In this document: positions 1-8,107 of the stretch, piece after piece | Layout of the letters: each line of letters opens with the position of its first letter | How positions within the stretch are numbered: position 1 is the stretch's first letter | Source of the DNA: Candidatus Woesearchaeota archaeon | GTDB taxonomy: Archaea; Nanobdellota; Nanobdellia; Woesearchaeales; SKGA01 | NCBI GenBank assembly: GCA_016926395.1 | Contig: JAFGOT010000032.1 | Coordinates: 1 to 24,787, forward strand | Direction of reading: 5' to 3' | Length of the DNA stretch: 24,787 nt | The notes under the pieces: model-generated | Told to the model about the DNA's origin: nothing | Database searches by the model: none | The model's input: only the letters and a program-made list of their open reading frames with translations | Position numbers and translations under genes: made by a program

Positions 1-843
1 AAAGGGTTAGTTTTAAGTTCAATTAAAATTCCGACTAATCCTAAGCAAGGGAAGACTAAACTTATTAATCTAATAAAGACGATTATTCAATCTCTTCTTG
101 ATGGTTCAAAACATAAAATAACTGCTATTGGAATCTCCATGCCTGGTTTTTGTGATGAAAAAGGAAAACTTCTTGCAGTTGGAAATGTTCTTTCTTTTCT
201 TGAAGGATTTAACATAAAATTATTTTTAGAAAAAAACTTTCACATTCCTGTTATTGTGAAAAATGATTCTCTTTGTTTTACTATGGCTGAATCTGTTCTG
301 GGTGCTGGGAAAAATCATAAAGTTGTTTTAGGCGTTATTTGGGGAAGTGGTATAGGTGCCGGATTGGCTAAAAAAACTAAATCTGGTTGGGAAACCTATT
401 CTGGTGCTCTTGGTTCTTCAATTGAATTTGGTCATATCCCTGTTTATGATATGCGCTTTAGTAAATTCACTGAGTTAGAACTTTTGTGTGGTGGTGCTTT
501 CCTAACAAAACGATATTTGAAGCTTGGAGGAGAAATTAAACATCCAACTGTTGGTGATATTTATTTTTCTAGTGAAAAACTTGCTAAAGAGTTGATGATT
601 GAAACTTTTGAACATTTAGGCAGAGGTATTGCATCTGTTGTTAACATTCTAAATCCGGATGTTATTGTTTTAGGTGGTGGTGTTGCTAAACTTCCTGATG
701 TTGCTTACAAAAAATTATTTTCTCAAATAAAGAAGTACGCACTAAAATCACACACTAAGAGTTTATTTCTTAAACGTTATGAGGTAAGTGATGATGAAGG
801 TTTACTTGGAGCAGCTTATTTTGCATTCTCATTAGGAAAATGA
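1..843 (+). CDS. ROK family sugar kinase/regulator, 5'-truncated by the window edge
   Basis: Frame +1 is open from base 1 (KGLVLSSIKIPTNPKQGK...TAIGISMPGFCD), so the ORF-track start at 139 is internal. ROK motifs: IGISMPG, NDS, GVIWGSGIGAG, EFGH, LNPDVIVLGGGV, GLLGAA. Confidence 0.88.
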   Translation, partial: KGLVLSSIKIPTNPKQGKTKLINLIKTIIQSLLDGSKHKITAIGISMPGFCDEKGKLLAVGNVLSFLEGFNIKLFLEKNFHIPVIVKNDSLCFTMAESVLGAGKNHKVVLGVIWGSGIGAGLAKKTKSGWETYSGALGSSIEFGHIPVYDMRFSKFTELELLCGGAFLTKRYLKLGGEIKHPTVGDIYFSSEKLAKELMIETFEHLGRGIASVVNILNPDVIVLGGGVAKLPDVAYKKLFSQIKKYALKSHTKSLFLKRYEVSDDEGLLGAAYFAFSLGK

Positions 844-1490
844 ATACTTCCATCAAAGTAAATTCCTTTTCTAAGTTTAACAGGTCGCCAAGTATCTTCT
901 ACTAGCTTTGCATCAAGCCATGCTGCTAGTTCTTTTGCATTCCCTATTGTTGCAGAAAGACCTATTAATTGTAATTTTGGATTTTGATCTCTAAGTATTG
1001 TTATTAGTATTTCAAGTGTTGGACCTCTACTTAAATCATTAAGAAGATGTATTTCATCAATTACTACTACTTCAACTTTTTCAAGCCAAGGAGTGTGGTG
1101 TCTGATTAATGAATCAAACTTTTCGCTTGTTGTAATTATTATATCGTATGCTGCTAAATATCTGTCGTCACTATCCATATCGCCACTTGTTAGAGCTATT
1201 TTTAGTTTTGGATGTTTCTTACTAAACTCTTTATATTTCTCACTTGCAAGAGCCCTTAATGGAACGACATAAACTCCCATCGCTCCTGTGCGTTTACCTT
1301 CTTCTCCCAAAACTCGATTAATCAAACCTAATTCTCCAACCAATGTTTTTCCAGAAGCAGTAGGTGTACAAACCAGAAGATTTTTCCCTTTAAACAATCC
1401 TGCTTTTATTGATTTTTCTTGACTTGGTCGAAGTTCTTTAAATCCTAGCTTATCAAGATGGTTTTGGATGTGTTTAGGAATCATACTCAT
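816..1490 (-). CDS. Hel308/Ski2-like DEAD/DEAH-box helicase, N-terminal RecA-like domain only (224 aa)
   Basis: Q motif LRPSQ, Walker A TPTASGKT, Ia VPLRALASEK, Ib TSEKFDSL, motif II DEIH, motif III SAT, then WRPVKLRKG and a stop. Motifs IV-VI are absent. Confidence 0.85.
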   Translation of the reverse strand: MSMIPKHIQNHLDKLGFKELRPSQEKSIKAGLFKGKNLLVCTPTASGKTLVGELGLINRVLGEEGKRTGAMGVYVVPLRALASEKYKEFSKKHPKLKIALTSGDMDSDDRYLAAYDIIITTSEKFDSLIRHHTPWLEKVEVVVIDEIHLLNDLSRGPTLEILITILRDQNPKLQLIGLSATIGNAKELAAWLDAKLVEDTWRPVKLRKGIYFDGSIHFPNENAK

Positions 1491-1539
1491 TTAGAATAAG
1501 TTTAATCTTTTTATATTTATGTTTAAACTTCTAAAAATC

Positions 1540-2055
1540 TCAGACTTCAGAAATTATTCTATATATCTCCCTGAGATTTTTATCATCTGCAATAACAAAT
1601 TTAGTACTTTCAATTATGTGATTTAGTTCATCAATTAATTTTTCGAGTAATTCTTCACGTAACTCTTGTGCGCTTGGTCTTTGTTCGACTATTGTAATAA
1701 AGCCAGTCATTGATTCTCTTATTTTTTGTAATTGTGTTTTTTTATCTTCAAAATATTGTTGATCTTTTATTACAAAATATTGTGCATTCTTAACTTTAAT
1801 ACTGCTTATCATTTGAACATCGGACTCGAGGTGTTCAATTTTGCCTTTCATAGAAATCATTAGTTGGTAAAGTTCTTGTAATGTGTTTTCTCTGTTTGTT
1901 ATGCTTGTTTTATCTATTGTTGATTTGAATTCTTTTATTTTATTACTTATTTGGATTATTATTCCAGAAATTTCATTATCGATTGCTTCATCGTCGATTT
2001 CGATATAGTATAGTTTTTTCCTTTTCGAAGCAAACAGTCGTCCAAAAAAACCCAT
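1540..2055 (-). CDS. Hypothetical helical/coiled-coil protein (171 aa)
   Basis: Clean ORF with an SD-like AGGTGAG upstream on the minus strand and a TTTATAAA box near 2092-2099. No family recognised. Confidence 0.7.
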   Translation of the reverse strand: MGFFGRLFASKRKKLYYIEIDDEAIDNEISGIIIQISNKIKEFKSTIDKTSITNRENTLQELYQLMISMKGKIEHLESDVQMISSIKVKNAQYFVIKDQQYFEDKKTQLQKIRESMTGFITIVEQRPSAQELREELLEKLIDELNHIIESTKFVIADDKNLREIYRIISEV

Positions 2056-2150
2056 TAATAACTCACCTAGTCATTTATCTCTTTTATTCATTTATAAACT
2101 TTACCGACTCACCACTATGTTTATATAGGTGATATTTTTTATTTATTTTT

Positions 2151-3050
2151 ATGGATGATGACTTTAAAAAGAATGCCTTGGCTGCTGGCAAGTTAGCTGG
2201 AGAGGCTTTATTATATGGGAAGACGTTGATTAAACCTGATGTTAAAATTGTTGATATTCTTGATTCTGTTGAATCTTTTATTCAAGAAAAAGGAGGTTTT
2301 CCTGCTTTTCCTTCGCAAATCTCTGTTAATACTATTGCTGCTCATCAGTGTAGTGCTTTAGATGATGATTCTATTGTAAAAGAATCTGATGTTATTAAGC
2401 TTGATGTTGGTGTTCATATTAATGGGTACATTGGTGATAATGCTTTAACTGTTAATCTAAATAATGAATATAAAGAATTGGTTGAAGCTTCAAAAAAAGC
2501 TTTGAAAAATGTTTCTACTATGTTCACGCCTGGAACTCCTGTTGGAGAAATTGGCGGGGTTATTCAAGATACAATAATTGATATGGGTTTTTCTCCTGTA
2601 AAGAATCTATCTGGACATGGTTTGGGATATTTTAATATTCATACATGCCCTTCAATACCTAATGTGCGGCTTGACAATTCAAATGTTTTAGAAGAAAATA
2701 TGCATGTTGCTTGTGAGCCTTTTGCAACTAATGGTAAAGGTGCTATTGCTGAAGGTGGCTCTCCAACTGTTTTTACTTTGCAAGTTCCTCGTCCTGTTCG
2801 AAGCCCTATTGCTCGCGAAGTATTACAAAAAATAAAAACTTATGATGGTTTACCTTTTGCTTCGCGTTGGCTTGAAAGAGAATTTGGTGCTGGAAAAACT
2901 CGTCTTGCTTTAATGGAATTACAAAAGAACGGTTCTTTGATTGCGCATCCTCCTTTGCGAGAAATTGGCAAGGGTATGGTAAGTCAACATGAACACTCCT
3001 TTATTGTTGGTGATAAACCTATTATTACTACTAAAATTGATGATGAGTAA
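2151..3050 (+). CDS. map: Methionine aminopeptidase, type II (archaeal)
   Basis: Motifs AAH, KLDVGVHINGYIGDNALT, NLSGHGL, ACEPFAT and SQHEHS contain the MAP2 metal ligands D, D, H, E, E. Confidence 0.96.
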   Translation: MDDDFKKNALAAGKLAGEALLYGKTLIKPDVKIVDILDSVESFIQEKGGFPAFPSQISVNTIAAHQCSALDDDSIVKESDVIKLDVGVHINGYIGDNALTVNLNNEYKELVEASKKALKNVSTMFTPGTPVGEIGGVIQDTIIDMGFSPVKNLSGHGLGYFNIHTCPSIPNVRLDNSNVLEENMHVACEPFATNGKGAIAEGGSPTVFTLQVPRPVRSPIAREVLQKIKTYDGLPFASRWLEREFGAGKTRLALMELQKNGSLIAHPPLREIGKGMVSQHEHSFIVGDKPIITTKIDDE

Positions 3051-3190
3051 TTTCTTTCTATTGGGAGAATACGATTTTGGTGCAGCTTTTGTGTGAAAAG
3101 GTGCTTGGCAAGGGTATGGTAAGTCAACATGAACACTCCTTTATTGTTGGTGATAAACCTATTATTACTACTAAAATTGATGATGATTAA
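2965..3190 (+). repeat. Direct repeat of the map 3' end: 2965-3050 and 3105-3190 (86 bp, 1 mismatch), 54-bp spacer
   Basis: The 82 bp TTGGCAAGGGTATGG...AAAATTGATGATGA is identical in both copies, followed by GTAA versus TTAA. Confidence 0.97.
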
Positions 3191-3207
3191 CGTTATAAGA
3201 GCTAATC

Positions 3208-3215
3208 TTTATAAA
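3208..3215 (+). promoter_or_regulatory. TATA box of the DRG GTPase gene (probably leaderless mRNA)
   Basis: AATCTTTATAAAC ends 25 nt before the ATG at 3241, and no SD is present. Confidence 0.6.
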
Positions 3216-3240
3216 CAAATTATTCATTTCTACTATTGGT

Positions 3241-4335
3241 ATGGCTGATTATTCTGCAAAGATTAAGGAATTAGAGGAACGTATAGCTAGTACTAAGTAT
3301 AATAAAAAAACTCAAGCAGCTATTGGTCAGTACAAAGCACAGATTGCTAAGCTTAAAGATACTCAAGAAAATCGTGGTTCTGCTAAAGCGGGGGGTGCAG
3401 GTTGGGAAGTTCGAAAAACTGGCGATGGCACTGTTATTCTTCTTGGTTTTCCAAGTGCGGGAAAATCAACTCTTCTTAATGCATTAACTGGTGCTCGATC
3501 CGAAGTTGGTGCTTATGCTTTCACAACACTTACTTGTATTCCTGGTGTCATGACATACAAACATGCAAAAATTCAAATCTTAGATGTTCCTGGTATTGTT
3601 AAAGGAGCTGCTTCTGGTCGAGGTCGTGGTAAAGAAGTTCTTGCAAGTATGCGATCAGCAGATGTTTGTCTCGTTCTTCTTGATGCTACTCGCCCTCATG
3701 AATATAACGTTATTGTAAAAGAAATTTATGATACTCATATTCGTCTAAATCAAATTAGACCTGATGTTAAAATCGTAAAAACAGGCAAAGATGGAATTAA
3801 AATTGGCGCTACTGTTAAATTAACTCATCTTGATGAGGAAACAATTGTTAGTGTTCTAAAAGAATTTCGAATAAATAATGCTGATGTTGTTATTCGTGAA
3901 GATATTACGGTTGATCAACTTATTGATTGTATTGAGAATAACAAAAAATACATGCCTGCACTCACAGTAATCAATAAGGCTGATTTAGTAACAAAAACAG
4001 AACTGAAAAAAATAATGAAGAAATATTCTGGTGATATTGCAATCAGTGCTCAAAAAGAGGAAGGAATTCCTGAGCTTAGAGAATTGATTTTTCAAAAATT
4101 AGATTTAATTCGTGTTTTTATGAAAGAACCTCAACATCCTGCTGACATGGAAGTTCCTCTTATTATGTTTAGAAATTGTACTGTTGAAGATGTTGCTAAT
4201 AAACTTCATCGAGATTTTTCTAAGAGACTTCGTTTTGCAAGAGTTTGGGGTACTAGTGCAAAGTTTGAAGGACAAAAGGTCATGCATAAACATGTCATGC
4301 AAGATAATGATGTAATAGAAATGCATTTAAGATAA
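3241..4335 (+). CDS. DRG/OBG-family GTP-binding protein with C-terminal TGS domain
   Basis: GFPSAGKST, YAFTTLTCIPG, QILDVPGI, NKAD, SA motif; C-terminal KLHRDF...ARVWG..SAKFEGQKV...LQDND-like TGS domain. Confidence 0.95.
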   Translation: MADYSAKIKELEERIASTKYNKKTQAAIGQYKAQIAKLKDTQENRGSAKAGGAGWEVRKTGDGTVILLGFPSAGKSTLLNALTGARSEVGAYAFTTLTCIPGVMTYKHAKIQILDVPGIVKGAASGRGRGKEVLASMRSADVCLVLLDATRPHEYNVIVKEIYDTHIRLNQIRPDVKIVKTGKDGIKIGATVKLTHLDEETIVSVLKEFRINNADVVIREDITVDQLIDCIENNKKYMPALTVINKADLVTKTELKKIMKKYSGDIAISAQKEEGIPELRELIFQKLDLIRVFMKEPQHPADMEVPLIMFRNCTVEDVANKLHRDFSKRLRFARVWGTSAKFEGQKVMHKHVMQDNDVIEMHLR

Positions 4336-4392
4336 TTTTTCTCTAGAATGTAATTCTGACTTTTAGATTATTTGTTCACTGTTTTTTGGTTT

Positions 4393-5946
4393 TTACCAGT
4401 TTAGAAGTTGATGTGTTTTTTTGTAAACAACGTATGTTATGCTAAGATCTTTGCTAGCTCCTTTTCCTGCTTCTTTAATTTTGTTGTCATCTCTTGGTTT
4501 TTCTTTTTCAGCTTCTTTTTTATCGCTCTTCTTCTTTTCACTTGAAGAATTTTCAAAGAATGATTTTCCTAGTTCTCCAAATCCTCGTCCGATATCAAGA
4601 AATGGTCCTAATAATCCAAATTTTGAATTTTTATCGTGAATTCTTTTTGCTTCATTAAAATCTGCATCGTCTTGTTCTTGTTGTTTTTTTTCTTCTGCTC
4701 TTTTTGCAATCATATTTTCTTCGCCAGCTTCTTCTAAATATCTTTCAATATCTTCTTTCATTGCTTCAAATGCTCCGCCGACATGTTCATCAATTGAACT
4801 TATTATGCTCATATCTTCTTCTTGTCGCATTTTTTTATATGTTTCAATATCTTTTTGATGCCAGCCATATGATCTTAATGTTACTGTTACTTTTCCGGTG
4901 TGCGCTACTGCTTGTTGTCCCCATTCAGGTTTAAATGTTAATGTTGGCTTTGTGTCATATCTAAAATTTGCAAGGATACATCTGTAATGTTTATCTTTAT
5001 TTTTTAGGTCTGTTGGTTTTTTTGCCAAGACTTCTATTTCTAATATTGTGTGATCAAATGCGTTAATTAAATCAGGACTGTCAAGTTGCTTTGAGTTTCT
5101 GTTCATTCGATGAGCTGTTTTAATATATGGTTTAACCCATGCCATGTTTAATTCTATTGCTTTCCAGTGTTGCCTTAAATATCTAACTTGGAATTTTCTT
5201 TTAGAAACTGTTTCTTGCATGATATTATTTCGCCAATTAATATATCCATACAATTTTCTTTTTAGAACTGTTCGAACATTTTTGTTAAACTCGCTTGTTT
5301 CACCTTTATCAACTGCATCGTCAATTCCGCCTAAATCATAGACGTGTGTGTTGAAAAACAAGTCAGGAAGAACTGCATACCCTATTCTTGTTGCAAGTCC
5401 ATATATTGAGTCAGGATTTTGTCCTCCTCCTTCAACGAATTGAACGTAATGTTGTTTTAGTGTTATGTCGGCACTCTTACTTTTGTCCCAATTTTTATAC
5501 AGTTCCATTCTTTCATCAAGAACTCGTAATTCTCTGACTAATGGAAATAATTCTTTTATCATCACACCAATACTTCTTAGGAATTGTACTGCTCTGTCTT
5601 GTTGTATTCCTTGCTTTTGTGCGACATTACCAAACATGGCGCTACTTTCGCTGCTGCTAAATATGTCATAAATTTTATCGACTTGAGGATATCCTAAATC
5701 GTATCGTAAAAATTGTAAAAACCAGTGATATGTTTCTTCTAAACTCGTGTCTGTTTTTTCAATAATTGCTTGTTTTCTATTTGTTGGTTCTGGATATGCG
5801 TCTTCGTCTGTTTCATCTGCTGTTTGGTACCATCCTACATTTTCTAAGTTTACAAACTCATCTTCTTCTATTTTCCAGCCTAACTCTTTCCCAAATTCTT
5901 TAACGTAGTCTGTTTTGTTTTCGTAGTGCTTCTTGCTTCCTAACAT
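4393..5946 (-). CDS. Hypothetical protein (517 aa), mostly helical with a charged C-terminal region
   Basis: Long ORF with a TTTATAAA-type box near 5973-5980 upstream. No family recognised with confidence. Confidence 0.8.
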   Translation of the reverse strand: MLGSKKHYENKTDYVKEFGKELGWKIEEDEFVNLENVGWYQTADETDEDAYPEPTNRKQAIIEKTDTSLEETYHWFLQFLRYDLGYPQVDKIYDIFSSSESSAMFGNVAQKQGIQQDRAVQFLRSIGVMIKELFPLVRELRVLDERMELYKNWDKSKSADITLKQHYVQFVEGGGQNPDSIYGLATRIGYAVLPDLFFNTHVYDLGGIDDAVDKGETSEFNKNVRTVLKRKLYGYINWRNNIMQETVSKRKFQVRYLRQHWKAIELNMAWVKPYIKTAHRMNRNSKQLDSPDLINAFDHTILEIEVLAKKPTDLKNKDKHYRCILANFRYDTKPTLTFKPEWGQQAVAHTGKVTVTLRSYGWHQKDIETYKKMRQEEDMSIISSIDEHVGGAFEAMKEDIERYLEEAGEENMIAKRAEEKKQQEQDDADFNEAKRIHDKNSKFGLLGPFLDIGRGFGELGKSFFENSSSEKKKSDKKEAEKEKPRDDNKIKEAGKGASKDLSITYVVYKKTHQLLNW

Positions 5947-6205
5947 CTCTATTGTTTCTTGGGCTCTTTTTGTTTATAAATCTTTGTCACTATATTTCTA
6001 GAGGAAATAAGGGTTATTTTGAATTAAAATATTTAGAATTCGCGTGTTTTAGGCTTTGAGATGTTGTTATTGTGTTGGTTCTCTGCTCGCCAATAGTCTG
6101 GGTCTTACTCCCCCTCATTTCCACTGCAGTATACATTTTTGTATATTAAGTTGCGATTATCCTCTTTATTTTTTTAAGAGCTTTTAATTGATAAGAATTA
6201 GTTAA

Positions 6206-6236
6206 AAATAAAAATAAAAATGCAGATTTTACTCTG
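6206..6236 (-). terminator. Putative rps6e terminator (short hairpin plus T-tract)
   Basis: The minus strand reads GCAG-AGTAAAAT-CTGC followed by ATTTTTATTTTTATTTTT across the stop codon. Confidence 0.5.
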
Positions 6237-6636
6237 CTTTTGGTTCTTCAGCTGCAGGTTCTTCTACTTTTTCAATAGGTTCTTTTCCCCACTTCACAAC
6301 TTTCAAGTTGATCTGTGCAGTTTTTTCACCAATTGTGTTGCCTGCTACCATTTTACGAAGTTTTAGACCTTTTCGTCCTTGGTTTTTCATACCCACTCCG
6401 CCTACAATTAGAATTTTTTTACGTCCACTACCTGTAACGTCTTTTCTCATTGGGAATCCTGCATTATCGCTTCCGCCTCGAACTTCTAGTTCATAGCCTG
6501 CTGGTAATTCTAATGATTCTCCTTTTACAATGTCTCCAATTCGTTTACCGATTAATGGAGTAATATTTTCTTCAGTTAATGTTTTGTTGTATGTTTTTTT
6601 GGTTTTAGCGTCACCAATATTTACTTTAATTTCCAT
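6229..6636 (-). CDS. rps6e: 30S ribosomal protein eS6 (S6e)
   Basis: LIGKRIGDIVKGE, GYELEVRGGSDNAGFPMRKDV, GLKLRKMVAGNTI, QINLKV. Start moved from the GTG at 6645 to the ATG at 6636, which has SD GGTGA 5 nt upstream. Confidence 0.96.
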   Translation of the reverse strand: MEIKVNIGDAKTKKTYNKTLTEENITPLIGKRIGDIVKGESLELPAGYELEVRGGSDNAGFPMRKDVTGSGRKKILIVGGVGMKNQGRKGLKLRKMVAGNTIGEKTAQINLKVVKWGKEPIEKVEEPAAEEPKAE

Positions 6637-6648
6637 TGTATTCACCTT

Positions 6649-6727
6649 CCGAGATTACTCTTGCCAGCAACAACGCTTAGATTTCGGTTCCAGAATCGCG
6701 AGTCGCAGCCACTTATCGGCATCTCAG
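6649..6727 (-). promoter_or_regulatory. Putative structured 5' leader (r-leader candidate) of rps6e
   Basis: GC-rich 79-nt segment closed by CUGAGAU/AUCUCGG with internal hairpins. It lies between the TATA box (6753-6760) and the SD (6642-6646). Confidence 0.55.
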
Positions 6728-6752
6728 TTATTCAACAGAGAATTAAATTCTA

Positions 6753-6760
6753 TTTATAAA
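6753..6760 (-). promoter_or_regulatory. TATA box for rps6e
   Basis: The minus strand reads AATAAG-TTTATAAA-TA, predicting a transcription start near 6730. Confidence 0.6.
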
Positions 6761-6856
6761 CTTATTCCAATCAAAGCATTTTTAAATGATTTATTCCATT
6801 TTTATTGACAGTTAACCGTTCCTTGTTAAGGTGCTGTTTGTGTGAGTTGAACTATT

Positions 6857-7537
6857 ATGGAAGTAATTTTACGTGAAAAACCAAAGGCTAAAGTTTTAAT
6901 TGAAGCGTTCCCTGGTTTTGGACTGGTTGGAACTATAGTGACTGAATATCTTCTTGAACACCTTGATTGTAAACAAATTGGAGAAATTATTTTTGATGAT
7001 TTGCCTGCCACTGTGGCGATACATAAAGGCGAGTTGGTTCATCCAATGGGTATTTTCTATTGTGAGGCATTTGATGCTATTATTCTTCATGCTATTCTTG
7101 ATGTTAAAGGTTTTGAATGGCGAATTGCTCGTGCAATTCTTGATATAAAAAAACAGTTGGATGTTAAAGAAATTTTATCTCTTGAAGGTGTTGCAAGTAA
7201 TGGTGGTGAAGAAATTTATTGTTATAAAAATAAACAATTAGAATCTCTTGGTGCTAAACCTGTTGATGAGTCCGTAATTATGGGGGTTACTGCTGCTCTT
7301 CTATTAAAGGAAAAAGATATTAGTTGTTTGTTTGCGGAGTCTCATTCAAATCTTCCTGATTCCAGAGCTGCTGCAAGAATTATTGAATACCTTGATAAAT
7401 ATCTAAAGTTCGATTTAGATACTAAACCTCTTCTTATGCAAGCAGAAATTTTTGAGAAGAAAGTTAAAGGCATGCTCCAAAAAACAAGCAAAACTGTTTC
7501 TGAGGCAGATAAAAAACAAATGAGTTATTTAGGTTAG
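6857..7537 (+). CDS. PAC2-family proteasome assembly chaperone-like protein
   Basis: LIEAFPGFGLVGTIVTEYL, P...HKGELVHPMGIF, FAESHSNLPDSRAAARII, DTKPLLMQAEIFEKK, C-terminal SYLG (HbYX-like). Confidence 0.9.
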   Translation: MEVILREKPKAKVLIEAFPGFGLVGTIVTEYLLEHLDCKQIGEIIFDDLPATVAIHKGELVHPMGIFYCEAFDAIILHAILDVKGFEWRIARAILDIKKQLDVKEILSLEGVASNGGEEIYCYKNKQLESLGAKPVDESVIMGVTAALLLKEKDISCLFAESHSNLPDSRAAARIIEYLDKYLKFDLDTKPLLMQAEIFEKKVKGMLQKTSKTVSEADKKQMSYLG

Positions 7538-7641
7538 TGGAGAATTTTTTTATCGAAGTTTTTGGTATTGAACTTTGTTCAATCCCTTACGCTCGCCTAT
7601 GCAAGAATGGCATAAGAAACAAATGAGTTATTTAGGTTAGT
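7509..7641 (+). repeat. Direct repeat of the PAC2 gene 3' end: 7509-7538 and 7612-7641 (30 bp, 1 mismatch; 25-bp identical core)
   Basis: ATAA(A/G)AAACAAATGAGTTATTTAGGTTAGT occurs twice around a 73-bp spacer that contains the hairpin ATTGAAC-TTT-GTTCAAT. Confidence 0.93.
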
Positions 7642-7665
7642 TCCTTTATTTTTTTCTTTATTTTT

Positions 7666-8013
7666 TCATAGCAAAATCATTCCTGCTAAAACACTAATCC
7701 CAAGAATAATTCCTATTATCCAAAATATTACCACTAAAACGACTTCTAATAACCAAACTAATACTGCTCTTAAGAATCCTATTCTAAAAAAATACATGTA
7801 CATAAACAATATGATTACAAATGCAACAATACCTCCAATTAATGGAAATAATGCGTTTATTATTAGAACAACAAGACCGGCCAAAATATTTATTATTATT
7901 GTTTTCCAAAGTTTGGTTTTTCCACCAAATAACTTGACTGCAAAATAAAGGGGAAGTGCAGATAAGATAAAAATTAAAGTTATGATTAAAAATGCAGTTA
8001 TTAAAGATCCCAT
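7666..8013 (-). CDS. Hypothetical integral membrane protein (115 aa, about 4 TM helices)
   Basis: Almost entirely hydrophobic with short Lys/Arg loops. Confidence 0.8.
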   Translation of the reverse strand: MGSLITAFLIITLIFILSALPLYFAVKLFGGKTKLWKTIIINILAGLVVLIINALFPLIGGIVAFVIILFMYMYFFRIGFLRAVLVWLLEVVLVVIFWIIGIILGISVLAGMILL

Positions 8014-8107
8014 GATGTCATTATGTTCTTTTATTATTTATTTGTTTGGATATATTCTTTCATTTTCCCCAACAAGTTTAAAAACACATATATCTTTTAC
8101 TAATCTC

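Noticed and set aside
4105-5671. Short ORF-track entries 4105-4326(-), 4439-4639, 4704-4934, 5144-5341 and 5465-5671(+)
   Set aside because: They are antisense shadows of the DRG gene and the 517-aa gene, with no start signals or protein-like features.
6014-6136. 40-codon minus-strand ORF (MYTAVEMRGSKTQ...) in the rps6e downstream intergenic region
   Set aside because: No recognisable motif or convincing promoter, and it lies just after the rps6e terminator. An ORF this short is expected by chance.
6308-7148. ORF-track entries 6308-6496, 6530-6808, 6826-7011, 6896-7090 and 6954-7148
   Set aside because: They overlap rps6e, its leader or the PAC2 gene in other frames or strands.
7982-8107. 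N-terminal extension of cca in the ORF track
   Set aside because: It overlaps the divergent membrane-protein gene and its promoter region; the TATA position supports ATG 8108.
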